A DNA stretch of 64,000 nt, from the NCBI RefSeq assembly GCF_027921745.1, contig NC_079238.1:3658001-3722000 (forward strand), read 5' to 3'. The DNA is from Schizosaccharomyces osmophilus. Its lineage: Eukaryota. Under the pieces are notes generated by a model. The model saw only the letters and a list, made by a program, of their open reading frames with translations. It ran no database searches and had not been told where the DNA came from. Positions 35,215 through 47,533 of this stretch are shown here, piece by piece. Position numbers and translations under genes: made by a program. Positions within the stretch are counted from its first letter, which is position 1. Each line of letters begins with the position of its first letter.

Positions 35215-37031
35215 TTATTTAATTCTCGAAGCCATGTACATAATATCCTAAAAATTTTGGTTAGATAGGAATTAGTAATATAAGTGTATTCAATTTGAAC
35301 TTACATCAATGTAGGAAGAAGAATTATGGATCGTCGTTCCGGCTAAGACCACTCGAATTCCAGGATGTGTGGCATTAATTTCTGAAATAAAACGGGCTTC
35401 TTCATACGTGGCACCACCGACCATCATAATAATAATATCCTGAGGTTTTTCATGAACATTATGAGCCGTGGCACCAACGTTATAGTATGGATGTGTACTT
35501 TCCTTAAGTTTCCCTTGAATTAAGTCTTCAACAATGGTTTTGAGGAAGGGACTGTGTTGAATATAAACATTCTCTACACCCCGAAGTCCTTTAAACCCAC
35601 TACGGGCTCTCGAAAAAATGTTTGACGGAGGGAAAATATCACCTTGGCGAGCACCGGCTCCTGAAAGGTGTAATAAAGTTGGAATGATAGCAGCTTTCAT
35701 GGGACTCACACCATTCGCCAACAACAAACCCTGAAGAGAAGTTACTTTCGCAGGATCAATCTTCTCGAAACGTAGCGCATACAGGGTAGCCAAACGAAGT
35801 TTTGTATTTTCCGAGATACCAGAGGATATCAATTTTTGAATGTAAGAAAAGTCAATAGTTTCAGCTTCATTGCAAACCATTGATTGCTCTATTTCGCCTA
35901 TTTCCAAAAGGTTCTCCTGTTGAACTTTCAATGAAATTTCGCTAACTAAAGACACATGCTTGTTTACATTTCCGGAAAGCCTCCTGTATTCAGGATAAGT
36001 TTCTAGAAACTGTTTCATGTCAGCAATACTTTCAATTTCGTTAGCCTTCTTCGTAGACTTCGTTTGTAAATGAGAGACATATTCTTTGATTTTAGCACCA
36101 AGCTTTCCGAAATTATCAAAACGTGTTTCACTATAAAATGGGTCAAGAACCGGATTTAAGACAATTTCAGTTGTTTCGCCCGGCAAGCTGGTATTCTGGA
36201 AACTCACACGTCCATTATTTATTCCAAAAAGCTCGTGAACCATGGCTTGGTATGTCCATTGTGTTAATAGAGGGGTAATTGGATCATTCTTTCTGTCCAA
36301 TATAAGTAATATGGAAGGAGTATCAGACTTTCGGAAATTAAAAAGCTGGGCTTCATCTTGTGTAATGTATTCAACTTCTTCAGCAAGCTTTAAGCTAAGG
36401 AAACTATTTACATCGTAACGAATCAAAGGTTTCTTTTTTAAAGATAGTAAAAGTGAGATCAAGCCTTGCTGAGTACGTTCTAAGGAAGAATCCAACCATG
36501 AATCTGGCGTGTTGTCAATTACGTGAGGTACATTCAAAGATGCAAGGTCATTATTTACTACCAAATAGTCCAGAAAGATTTCCTAAGAAGTATGTTAATC
36601 GCGTTTGCAAAGGGGAAGCCTTACCTGAACACTTTTCACCACCTCAAAATCATCAGACTCAGCCAGTCGCTCTAGAAAGCTTTTGGATAAGATGTTGGTA
36701 AAGTATAAATGGTACTCTGAATATTTCGGATCACGTAACTCTTCACATAGAAAACGTAGAGTCTGAGAAGTTGGCCTCAAAAAAGCAATACATTTCAAGT
36801 GTCTAAGTTTCTCTCTTTGGTTTTCAACAAGGCTAGGAAAGTTTACAATTAGCTTGTACCTGAAAATGCGACTTACACAGTCAAATATATTTGTTGCTCT
36901 AGAAGGTTTGATTGAGTTATACTAGAAGAAACAATTTTAGTAGTTTCTCGCTCCAGTAAAAGGACCTTCAAGTCAGGGACCTCTTGAAACATTCGCTTGA
37001 AATACGATTGAGCAGACAGGTTCAAGTTCAT
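35215..37031 (-). CDS. vps45: Sec1/Munc18-family protein Vps45, 4 exons: 37031-36877, 36832-36625, 36582-35305, 35247-35215
   Basis: KVLLLERET, LKCIAFLRPT, LDRKNDPITPLLTQWTYQAMVHEL, VENVYIQHSP and VGGATYEEAR motifs; canonical introns. Confidence 0.93.
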
Positions 37032-37612
37032 TTTTCGTTTTTCGTGTAAAATAAGGGAACCTACTAAAAAATGATTTAAAAGATAAGCTTTTGGGGTTTT
37101 ACTCACGATTTGAGGTTCAGTTCTTTCCCAATTCTTCAGACGATGAGTGCATATGGATCAATTGAAACCCAATATCTTGCAATAAATAACTAATCTGAAA
37201 TTCCTAATACTTAAAAAACTTGAAGGTCGATATTTTAAGCGCTACTGCCCGAGAAGCACGAGTTGAAGTAAAGGAGAAGAGTATCCACGTATAACACTTC
37301 ACAAATGACCAGCATAGTCAAGCTCGGATTCTAGCAATTTTACCAATTACAATACTAAAAGTACGAGAATTTACAATAAAATTTTTGAAGTCTCCAAATT
37401 GTTTGCTCTTTCACACAGTATCTCGTGACAATAACTTTGGTTTTGAAATTCACGAGAGCGTTCACAATACTTTAGGCTCATTCAGCATTCGAGACTATAC
37501 TACAAAGAAACTGCTATATATTTGCGGTCCACCTGAAGGCGAAATAGATACAAAACTTCTGTGAGCATCTTGTAGGATTAGAACTTTTCGTGAGGACAAA
37601 AGCCATTTCGAA

Positions 37613-38476
37613 ATGTCTTTCTCTTTATATGACGGCTTGGATTCAAAGACACTTGATGAAATTGCTGAGGAGAGTGCAAAGGCCAAAAAAAAGGATAAAA
37701 GCATTGAGCATCCCTACGAAGCATCCACTCCCTTAAGTCCAAAGGAATTAAAACCCTCTCCTTTGAAGACTACTCAACCTCCATCGTCTTTACATTTTAT
37801 GCCTATGGTGAGGAGGAATAAACCAAACAAGAAAAAACAACTTAGCAGGCTATCAAACAAAGCGATCCCACAATCCCCTACACCAATTGATAATGTTCAT
37901 GATATTTCTTTGACTGATGCTTTATCCACACATGAAGCTACTGGCTCTAATCTTCAGAATGAATCTCTAGAAAGGACACTACCATCTTTTGGATCAAATG
38001 ATGATTCTTTGATTTCTTCTTTTGAGGTGGAAGAAATATATTCAGAGCTTTATAATCCTCTAAATCCTACAAGTTATGATAATTATAAAAAGTCTGAATT
38101 TGGAAAAGCCATGGAACACGAATGGAACTTGTATGTTTTGCAAAATCCTTCCCTGGCTATTGAGGCTAGGAATGCAGGGTTAGCTCAGTCTTCTAAATCT
38201 GGAATTGGTCCTCCTCCGGTCTTGTTAGAGGACACGACAATAAGTAACTCCATTTACTCTAATGCTTCGATGCCTAAAATAGACCAACCTTCTGTCTCTT
38301 TGATGGAATCACCAAAAGGTAAACCAACGAAAAATTATGGAAAAATTCTATTAAAGAAATTCGGTTGGAATGAAGGCCAAGGTTTGGGTCTCTTAAATCA
38401 GGGAATCCGTAATCCATTACAAACCAATCGTTCTAGTAGATTTGAAGAAGTTAAAGGTCCCAAGGACGATAGCTAG
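37613..38476 (+). CDS. G-patch protein, SPF45/RBM17-like
   Basis: N-terminal SLYDGL, SF45-like motif YNPLNPTSYD, C-terminal G-patch NYGKILLKKFGWNEGQGLGLLNQGIRNPL. Confidence 0.75.
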   Translation: MSFSLYDGLDSKTLDEIAEESAKAKKKDKSIEHPYEASTPLSPKELKPSPLKTTQPPSSLHFMPMVRRNKPNKKKQLSRLSNKAIPQSPTPIDNVHDISLTDALSTHEATGSNLQNESLERTLPSFGSNDDSLISSFEVEEIYSELYNPLNPTSYDNYKKSEFGKAMEHEWNLYVLQNPSLAIEARNAGLAQSSKSGIGPPPVLLEDTTISNSIYSNASMPKIDQPSVSLMESPKGKPTKNYGKILLKKFGWNEGQGLGLLNQGIRNPLQTNRSSRFEEVKGPKDDS

Positions 38477-38630
38477 AAAGGCGTTGAGGTGTAAGTATAC
38501 AGCGTTATTCGACAAATTTTGGGTAGGTTATTTTCCCAACCTACATTTATAAGTGGCACTTTTAATTGCTTCATATTTCTTTAGTGATCTTTAGGATTGG
38601 GATATGTATGTAAGTTCATTCTTCATTTCA

Positions 38631-40766
38631 TCACTTTTTGAATCTGATCTGATGAATGTTTGGATTAAAAAGTTGATGTATAGGGCTAGAGATTTTTTCT
38701 ACAAGTGATGCTGCTTCTTCCGTCCTTTGGTTCGCGTAACCTGTACATTCTAATTCAATTCTCGTGAAAAGACCAAGTAACCGAGTGCCAAAATTAACTC
38801 CATTTTCGATTCTGTTCAGGACTTCCCAGTATAGCTCATACGTTTCATATAGTTCTTGTAATTTCTGCATCATGGATTTTTTCTTCTGCCTTTCATTATA
38901 TGCATAGACCAAATTGTCAACTAACTTGCAAATCGCGTCAAATAGCCTCGTTTGTGACCTTTGCTGTTCTTTCGCATTCCATAGGTTACTAAGCTCTTTT
39001 TCAAATTTTGATACCAGAACACTTGGATCAGCAGACTTTGAAGAAGCCACCTTAGTAAAATATTGAGGCTCAATGTCGTGTAAGCGAATTAGTGACCTTT
39101 TTTCTTTTATATCTTCCCAACTTTGGATTTCATTATTCACCGTCGATAAAATACTTATTTCAAGGGAGCTCAATGTCTCGTCCGTTGGAGAAAGTTTAAT
39201 AAATAAAAGTTCGGGTTCGGTTGTAAGGTAAATGGGATTAATCCTGTCAGAAAGCTTTTTAGTATCATTCACTAGATTTTCAAAGTTGATGAGATTGATC
39301 CTCAAAGACTCCAACTCATTTCTTAATTCTCTGGATGCAGTTTCGCTCGATACTCTTTTCCATCTATCAGCCCCAAATTTTAATTTGAAGAAATCATCTT
39401 TTTCTTTTTCATTACTTAAAATATCATGACATTGATGAAATGTATTTGATACATCCTTGAATAGGGTCATTAAAGAAGCAGCCCGGGTTTTTAAAAGTTC
39501 GTGTCCACCCGATTCCTTAATTCTATCGTACTTTTCCCCAATGTCCCGTAATTTCAATGCGGACTCATTATTATTACAATAATAGTAAGCAATATGGTTT
39601 TTTAGGCCGTTCACAGTGTCATCTCCCTCGGCAGTTAAGTTCGACATATCATTCTCATAAGCCTCTAATACAACCTTTGCTTTGTCATGAAATTGTTTCC
39701 ATCTTCTTCGATCCTCACTAACAATGATGGAAGGAAAGTATGTATATGTCTTTGATGGACTGCTTAAAAAATCGGGAATTACTGGCTGTACCATAATCAC
39801 AGAATCACACCTAGCGATATCCTGTATTGAAGGAACTTGCTCAAGATGAATAAAGTCGTTGTCTCGCTTTGCTTGTCGAACCTGATTGTCCAAATCAGAT
39901 GATAGAATTTCCAATTTTTCATAAACTTTTATGGAAGTTGGTACATCAAACCGCTTTTTCAGGGCCTTCTTGCAATAATGTGAGGCAAGTTCGAGAAACG
40001 CAATTTGTTTCCCATACATATACTTGCTAACAGCATCTTGAGACAAATAAAAGAAAGAGCTTGCATGGTAATATAAAGATTCAAGGAATGTTACATGTAC
40101 AAAGTAACTCTGGGCTCCTGTCGAATTCTCAAAACAATAGTGAGCATCATCATATAAGGTTGCAATTCCCGTTGCTAACTTCGAAAGTGTTAAATCTCGT
40201 ATACTATTAGTCAACAGTCCTTTATGGTACACAAGAGATTGGGCTTGTGCCAGAAAGCAATGCTCCCAGGCTTTAATAAGAGAGTTTTCAAAATCCAAAG
40301 AGCTAGGGTAAAGACAGTGTTTACCTACGAAACTAAAAGATCCAGCGCAAAATTGTAAAAACTGATGAGCTTGAGCAAAGTTGGGTTCTTGCTTCAGCAA
40401 ACAGGCCTTAGCTTCAGCTTGGTATACGTTTGCCACTCTATATACGAAATTAGCTTTCTCGAAGCAGATATCACTAAACTCTTCTAGTTGATTTGGAGAA
40501 CAAGACAGACTCCATGTAAAACTAGAAGGAGCTGACCCTGTAAGCTTTTCTTCAAGGGTGTCAAGCATCTTGCAGTATACGTTTGCTACTTGCAGGTCTT
40601 GGAAAGTAGGAAAATTAGTACAAAATTTTTTCCTTAAGCCCTGGAACTCTTCTAATTCTGCTTGCAGTCTTTCCTTCGATACAATTGGGCATTGACTTAG
40701 ATCTCGAATCCATACTTTGATATCAAGCGGCGATGCCTTCTTAATAGGAAGCTCAATAACATCCAT
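38631..40766 (-). CDS. rim20: BRO1-domain protein, Rim20/PalA-like
   Basis: FTW...FEKANFVY, LAQAQ, AKRDNDFIHLE (Bro1 domain); V-domain KFGADRWKR; C-terminal FNPNIHQIRF resembling the Rim20/PalA tail. Confidence 0.75.
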   Translation of the reverse strand: MDVIELPIKKASPLDIKVWIRDLSQCPIVSKERLQAELEEFQGLRKKFCTNFPTFQDLQVANVYCKMLDTLEEKLTGSAPSSFTWSLSCSPNQLEEFSDICFEKANFVYRVANVYQAEAKACLLKQEPNFAQAHQFLQFCAGSFSFVGKHCLYPSSLDFENSLIKAWEHCFLAQAQSLVYHKGLLTNSIRDLTLSKLATGIATLYDDAHYCFENSTGAQSYFVHVTFLESLYYHASSFFYLSQDAVSKYMYGKQIAFLELASHYCKKALKKRFDVPTSIKVYEKLEILSSDLDNQVRQAKRDNDFIHLEQVPSIQDIARCDSVIMVQPVIPDFLSSPSKTYTYFPSIIVSEDRRRWKQFHDKAKVVLEAYENDMSNLTAEGDDTVNGLKNHIAYYYCNNNESALKLRDIGEKYDRIKESGGHELLKTRAASLMTLFKDVSNTFHQCHDILSNEKEKDDFFKLKFGADRWKRVSSETASRELRNELESLRINLINFENLVNDTKKLSDRINPIYLTTEPELLFIKLSPTDETLSSLEISILSTVNNEIQSWEDIKEKRSLIRLHDIEPQYFTKVASSKSADPSVLVSKFEKELSNLWNAKEQQRSQTRLFDAICKLVDNLVYAYNERQKKKSMMQKLQELYETYELYWEVLNRIENGVNFGTRLLGLFTRIELECTGYANQRTEEAASLVEKISSPIHQLFNPNIHQIRFKK

Positions 40767-41173
40767 TAAAAATGAAATTAATTACGTTATATTCGCTGTT
40801 ATATTTATGAAATACCTCGAATGTAATATTAGGAAGTTGCTTTCGAAGTTGTACCTAAATGCGTAATTGTTCAAAGATATGTGGAATTTAGCAGATAATA
40901 TATTATTTATCATGAAGACAGAACTTTGAAATGCTTTCAAATGAATCCTTGATCCTTAACTATAACATTCGTGGTAACTCAATGGAGTAAGTACAAAAGT
41001 ACCCATAGGTATTATTAGTACCCAAAACCTAGCAGTAACACCTTCGTCCATTGTTCACAAACTGTGTACTTCATTGCCTATAATACCCTGTAAATCAATA
41101 AAAATATAAATTGGTTTTATTTCTTCCTTCATTTCAACAATAAAAAGCATAAACAACGAAAAGAGACATTTAC

Positions 41174-42687
41174 ATGTCAAATCCGGATTGTCTGAGTGTA
41201 TGAGGGTGATATTTGACTTACTTTATTCAAGTCTTGCTAATGTAAAAATTTAGAAAGCTATATCCTTGGTAAAAACCGCCATTGATCATGATAATGCTGA
41301 GCGCTATGGAGATGCCTACAAGTATTATCAGAATGCTCTTGACTACTTTATGATGGCCTTAAAATGTATGTATATATAGGAAACCTTCTGTTCCGAAATT
41401 TAGGAAAGGAAGGACCAGACAGGATGCTGCTATGAAACTCGAATTGACTCATAAGTATCGAGCTCTAACTAAAAACATAGATGAGAAAAACGAAAAGTCT
41501 AAAGAAATCATACGAGGAAAGGTTTTAGAGTATTTGGATCGCGCGGAGAAACTGAAAACGTTCCTTCAGCAAAAGAGCAACCAGGTAGCCTCAAAGAGTA
41601 GTGCTTCTAGCGGTAATTTGGAAGGAAGCAATTCTCCGGCCGCTAGTGATGTTTTAGATTCAGAAGCTAAAAAACTTCGAGGCGCTCTTACCAGCGCAAT
41701 ATTAGTCGAAAAACCCGATGTTCGTTGGGAAGATATAGCTGGTTTGGAAAACGCAAAAGAAGCTTTAAAAGAAACGGTTCTCCTTCCTATTAAATTGCCG
41801 CAATTATTTTCGCGTAATCGAAAACCTTGGTCCGGAATTCTTCTCTATGGTCCTCCCGGAACAGGAAAGTCATATTTAGCTAAAGCGGTTGCTACTGAAG
41901 CTGGCTCTACATTCTTTTCCATTAGTTCATCCGATTTGGTGAGTAAATGGATGGGTGAGAGTGAAAGGTATGTAATTGACTGCAATTACAAGTGTGCTAA
42001 TTTTCATAAAGGCTTGTTCGACAACTATTTGAAATGGCGCGAGAACAAAGGCCTTCCATCATTTTTATTGATGAAATTGACTCACTTTGCGGTAGCAGAA
42101 GTGAGGGCGAAAGCGAGTCGTCTCGTAGAATTAAAACAGAGTTTTTAGTCCAAATGAACGGTGTAGGAAAAGACGAAAGCGGTGTATTAGTGTTGGGTGC
42201 TACCAATATTCCTTGGACACTGGATTCTGCCATTCGTCGTCGTTTCGAAAAACGAATTTATATCCCATTGCCTGGCTCATATGCTCGGTCTAAAATGTTT
42301 GAACTAAATGTAGGTGATATTCCTTCAGAACTAAAGTCTGGAGACTTCAAAGAACTCGCAAAAATGACGGAGGGCTACTCTGGTTCAGATATAGCTATTG
42401 TTGTTCGAGATGCTATAATGGAGCCTGTGAGAAGAATTCATACTGCCACACATTTTAAAAAGGTCTTTTATGAGCCTTTGAAACGTACTATGGTTACTCC
42501 TTGTTCGCCGGGAGATTCAGAAGCTTATGCAGCTACATGGATGGACGTAAATGGTGGCGACATCTTAGAACCCCGTCTTACTGTACGTGATTTCTACAGT
42601 GCTGTTAAGAAGGTGAAACCTACCTTGAACGCTGGCGACATACAAAAGCACATTCAATTTACGAAAGACTTTGGCGCTGAAGGCTAA
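41174..42687 (+). CDS. vps4: ESCRT AAA-ATPase Vps4, 4 exons: 41174-41197, 41254-41365, 41481-41967, 42012-42687
   Basis: MIT domain ([13 protein letters not shown]...YLDRAEKLK), Walker [15 protein letters not shown], beta-domain TPCSPGD, C-terminal FTKDFG. Confidence 0.96.
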
Positions 42688-43173
42688 TTTCACATACCTG
42701 TGAAAAGTTTTAGATTTCTAACGATTTGACACGTTCAAAAACTAATGTTTTAGTATCATATTAAACTGACTATGAGAATTGTAAAAAATAAAATAAAGCA
42801 GTCTTCTGTAAAGGTATGGTATCCACAGACATTATAAGATCAAAGCACAGGAAATAGAGAATCGCCAAAGCATCTATCATTGATACATTTTCATAACATT
42901 CATTGACGGAAGCCAGCATTCGAAGAACGTAGCACATTATTGATGCAGATTCATAAGCTCGTGCTATGTAGTGCAACGTATACTGACATAAACTTTCATA
43001 TAAACAGAACAAGTCCGAAAAACTAGATAGGGGGGTGCGTAAGCAAACCTATAAATTCGAACAAGTGCAACATTCGTCATGAAATGATTTGATTTTCTCT
43101 GAAATAATAAAAGAAATCGTATAAGGAAGAATAAAGTATAAAAGGGCGATAACAATTTTGAGGGTACAAGATT

Positions 43174-44715
43174 TTAATCAGAAGAAGCAGCGGATTCAAC
43201 CTGCTTGACGGAAGAATCCTCGGCAGTAATATCTTCTTTTTCATCTTCAGCTTTTTCAGGGAAAAAGTGTTCCTTCCAGCGAAAGCCTGCGGCCAAAGAA
43301 CCATTTGCCGAATTGTCATTTCTATCATCCTCGTCAGCATCTCTATCATATCCCTCAATTCTATTTACTTTGATTTGTTGAAAACCCGAAGGGACAATTA
43401 TTCTTTCGGCATTGTCATTGTTGCGAAATCCAGGACCACGAGATTCCGCAAGTTCAGGAGCAGCACAAGGGCCATCATGGGCAGCAACACGATCAGCAAT
43501 TTTTTTATACCAGGCTTCTTGAGAATCTCCTTGTAATAATCCGACGACACAAACAGTCATATTATCACAGCCTAAACCAGTGGTTTCCGTATCACCAGCA
43601 ATACAGTTGTCCATAAGATTCTCAGAAATTTCTTGTAAAGAAAGGCCAGCAACAACACCTCTACGTACAAACTCGATAACTTGCTGAGAAGTTTTACAAT
43701 CCCAAATACCATCACAGGCAAGCACTACGAATTCATCCTCTTCCGTAGCTTCATGAACAATGACATCGGGAAGAGAAGTAACGATTTGTTTTTCTGGCTC
43801 CAGGTTGCTATTCTTGAATTCAAAATCGCCAATGGCTCTTGAAAGAGCCAAGTTTCCGTTGACTCGACCAAAATCCACGAAACCACCGGCAGCACAAATA
43901 CGTGCCTTTTCGGATTCATTGGAAGGCTTGTGATCTACGGAAAGGGCCTTTGCTACACCTTTTCTTCCAAGCACCGTCCGCGAATCGCCAGCATTCGCCT
44001 AAACATGTTAGTTTCCTCGATTCTATATGAGTAGATTATATGAATGAAGTTACTTACACAATAAACTTTGTTCTTTGCTCGAAGTAAGACGGTGGCTGTG
44101 CATCCGGACGGATCCGTATGAAATTGTTCATCTAGAATTCCATGGTTAGCAAACAATCTAGAATAAAAAGCTAGACAAGAGAAATCCCAAAGCAGTTTTA
44201 GGTTGAACATCTTAAATGTGCTTTCTCTCTTCATCAAAGACATATATCCATAAACATTCAGGTACGACAGTAAAAGACACCGGGGGCAAATGGAAGCAAA
44301 AGCAACCACGAGTCAAACCAGCCCTCATTATACACTAAACGTAAAAGGGAACAAGAGATCGGTTTCCACTTGCTTTTAAGAACATACCTTCCAAAATCAA
44401 TTGATCAGCTTTTAAAAAAGAAGCCTTAAGAGCATTCACAAAATCTCCCTTTTTAAACTCTTCACTTTCTTCTAAAATCAACGGAAGGCGTTCTCCGCAC
44501 CATTTTGCTACTTTGTCACCACCATGACCGTCGTATACGGCAAAAAAGTCTACTTCTTGGTTTTCATGAGGACATCTTAAGGAAAGCTTGGCACTATGGG
44601 CATCTTCCATGGAAATTCTCCATCCCTGCATGCTTGACAGTCCATACAAAACATCTTTGTTAATGCCATGAATGGAATTTTTATCCGTAATGGGTTCTGA
44701 TAATGTTTGTCCCAT
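43174..44715 (-). CDS. ptc3: Type 2C protein phosphatase Ptc3, 3 exons: 44715-44388, 44131-44058, 43998-43174
   Basis: MGQTLSEP myristoylation start, MQGWRISMEDAH, DGHGG, ANAGDSR, LACDGIWD and GCDNMT. The ptc3 versus ptc2 assignment is from recalled synteny. Confidence 0.88.
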
Positions 44716-45317
44716 TCCTGAACTCGTATTCTTTTGTAATTCTTGGGAGTTTGCAGTCTGTTTTTCTCTCCTTAAAGGTTTAAATTTCCGTACTTCAACG
44801 GCGTCCTTTTAATATTTGGGTTATAAGCAAACGCTAAGTTACATTTACACCTGAAGGATGGTGGTGGTCCTACATATAGTGTAGGAAGATACTACATCAC
44901 CGCCATTTTACATCTATTAACGAGGTGGTGGGATTCCTAAATAAGAATACGGGAGGTTAGTATTTTTCGTTGCTTTATGAAGCAGTAGTATACAAGTTGC
45001 TTCAAAGTTTGGTAAATAAACAAAATTGGTGTTCTTGTATACGGGAAAAAATGGGCAGAAAGACACTAGGCAAAGTAAGAATCTTTTCATAGTAAGATTA
45101 TAGGAATGATGACAGCTAACCACAGTGAAATAAAATACAATTGACTTCGAAACTTTCCTAGTAGCAGTAGTAGTAACATGAAACTTTTCCAAACGTAAAC
45201 AAAGCGATTGGGAGGCTATAGACATTCAAATGGGAAAACAGATATTTTTAGAAGAGAGCACTGAACCCTTGCAGTTTAGGGATATCGATGTTCAATTCTT
45301 ATGCTAGCGATGCTAGT

Positions 45318-45829
45318 TTACGATTGACTTTGGTGCATGCCTTGAGCAAGGCCCGCATAATAACCAGCGTAATACCAACTCATCAATAACCTCCGATACG
45401 TTTCATCTATACGTGTTAGTATAGCCAACAGAGACACACTCTTTTCAACTTACCATATGTTAAACCCAGGATCGGGGGTGGAGGGGGAATAGTCGATGGA
45501 TGTTCAGAGTTTGCAGATAAAGGGATGGAAATGTTGGAAACACCATTTTCAGCTTCATGGGAAGGATGTTGGGAAGTATGGTCTTCATCATCTTTCTCCA
45601 TTTGTTCCTCCTCTACAAGGTTGGTGTTAGATTCCGCCGCAGAAGCATTCTCATGCTTGTGGTCTACAGCTGTCGTTTCCTGTTTCTCTTGTTGTGATCC
45701 TTCTGGAGATTGGGCCTGAGCCTGAGACTTTTCTGCTTCTAGACTGTGGTACTTTTTGTATTCTGCTAAAGCTGTTTCATAGGCATTTCGAAGCTCCGAG
45801 TCATCCCAAACCTCCTTTTGTAAATCCAT
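45318..45829 (-). CDS. smn1: SMN protein Smn1/Yab8, 2 exons: 45829-45454, 45406-45318 (154 aa)
   Basis: N-terminal Gemin2-binding VWDDSELRNAYETAL, polyproline stretch, and YG box LLMSWYYAGYYAG in exon 2 (missed by the ORF track). Confidence 0.92.
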
Positions 45830-47533
45830 AGTTTCAAAACCTTTTTATGTTTTGAATGAAAAATTGTCCTATTTCCTTTTCAAAACCACCACGTATTAAT
45901 TTCCTGTAAATCCCAAACTATATGTCAAATTTTACCAAACCATTCGATAGTTTGTACAGCGAATTTATTTTTAAACAGCAAAACCAAGCCAGTCCTTAAA
46001 ACTACGATAAAGGTTGTTCGTTGCGATTCTTGTTTGCTGGATTCGTCCACAGTGCATATTCTTCTTTATCTGATCTTTTGCGAGAAGATGCTGCGTTTCC
46101 CTAATAAAAAGGCATAAAAAACCGAGAGAAACCTTTCAGGATGATGAGAAGAATTGAACGTCGACATAGAAAGTTACTTCAGTCCCAAAACAGTCTTCAC
46201 ATAGCTGTCCTTCTCGTCCTTAAATTGGTTACCCACTAAATGGACCGGTGATTTTTTGAGAGAAAGCTTTGTTCATAGGTACGTTGGCTACTCTTTATTA
46301 TAATATATGTTGTATATGCTTTTCTCTTCAATTCTATCAACATCGTCTTAGGACCACTTTTCCTGTCAGAGGAAACTTTCCTGTATTGAGTACGTGCATT
46401 GTATAAACTATCATGGGAACAAGGGTTCAAGGTTGCACAATTGCAATCACAACATAGACGGATGGTTGGACTACAAAAGTAGGTTCAGCCAGCTTTTCCG
46501 TTGGAAGATATTTCGCAAGCATAATTTGGTAGTATGGTCTTCTTTGGTTCTTTTAGACCAAACAAGTTGATAGGACTTTTTAGCGATTCTTCTTTTCTTT
46601 TTATTTTTTTATTTTTTTTTAATTGAGTCGAACATATTAAAGCTTCAAGCAGTGTAAAGAATGGTATTCTACCTATATATTACACCTGCAACCTTTGTCA
46701 CCTTGAATCTACTAATAAATTCGGCGACGACAAGGTTAAATAGTTTATTTTGGCAAACGAAGAGTTAGTATTACGCAAAAAAATATAAGTGCCAATTCCT
46801 TGAAAAGCTATCCATTGAATAGAAAAAGAGCACTGGGGTTTTACGATTTTCACCCTCTGAAGCATCTGGGGAACAAAGTGATAATGAAGATATCCTCTCT
46901 TACATGGGTTCCACTAGACAATCCCAGGTTTCATTCCTCTCGTAGTGTGTCTGTACAACTCAAGCATTCGCTCTTCCAAGGACAAGCCGCTTTCTACTTT
47001 CCTACCTTTCATGAAACTTCACTAAGCTTCCAATTTCTTTTCCTATGTCTTTTTGTCTACATCTACTTTCTTCCATGGCAAATTGTTTCATTTCTCATAT
47101 GTATATCCTTATGTCAAGGTCTCGCTGTAACTATGATAATAGCGAGGAAACAGCATCCTAAAGAGGTCGTGGATGATGATATTCTATAATGTCATGCCAG
47201 TTTACCGTTAGACTCCTCCTATCTGTTATTATTTGCTTTTCCTTCCACAACTCTCGAAACGATTCACGATTCTTTATGTTTTTCTCGAAATAAGCTAGAT
47301 TGGGTATTACAAACATTCTCTCTGCAACAAGAAGCTATTCGAGCTCTAATTGATCCTTTGCATCTACCATCTTTCCATTGACTTTACGACTACAAGCTAT
47401 TCCCCTCGTCCTAACTAAAAGTAAATAGAGAATTCTATTCTATTTTGTATTTTTTGGATCTTTCATCTGAATTTTATAGGTATCCCTTCGGTGTCTTTAT
47501 ATTTCTTTGGATTGAAACATTGCATTTGATCTG

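Noticed and set aside
46800..47189. 129-aa ORF as a protein-coding gene
   Set aside because: TTG start, composition explained by T-rich DNA, and no recognisable domain; kept only as a possible uORF region.
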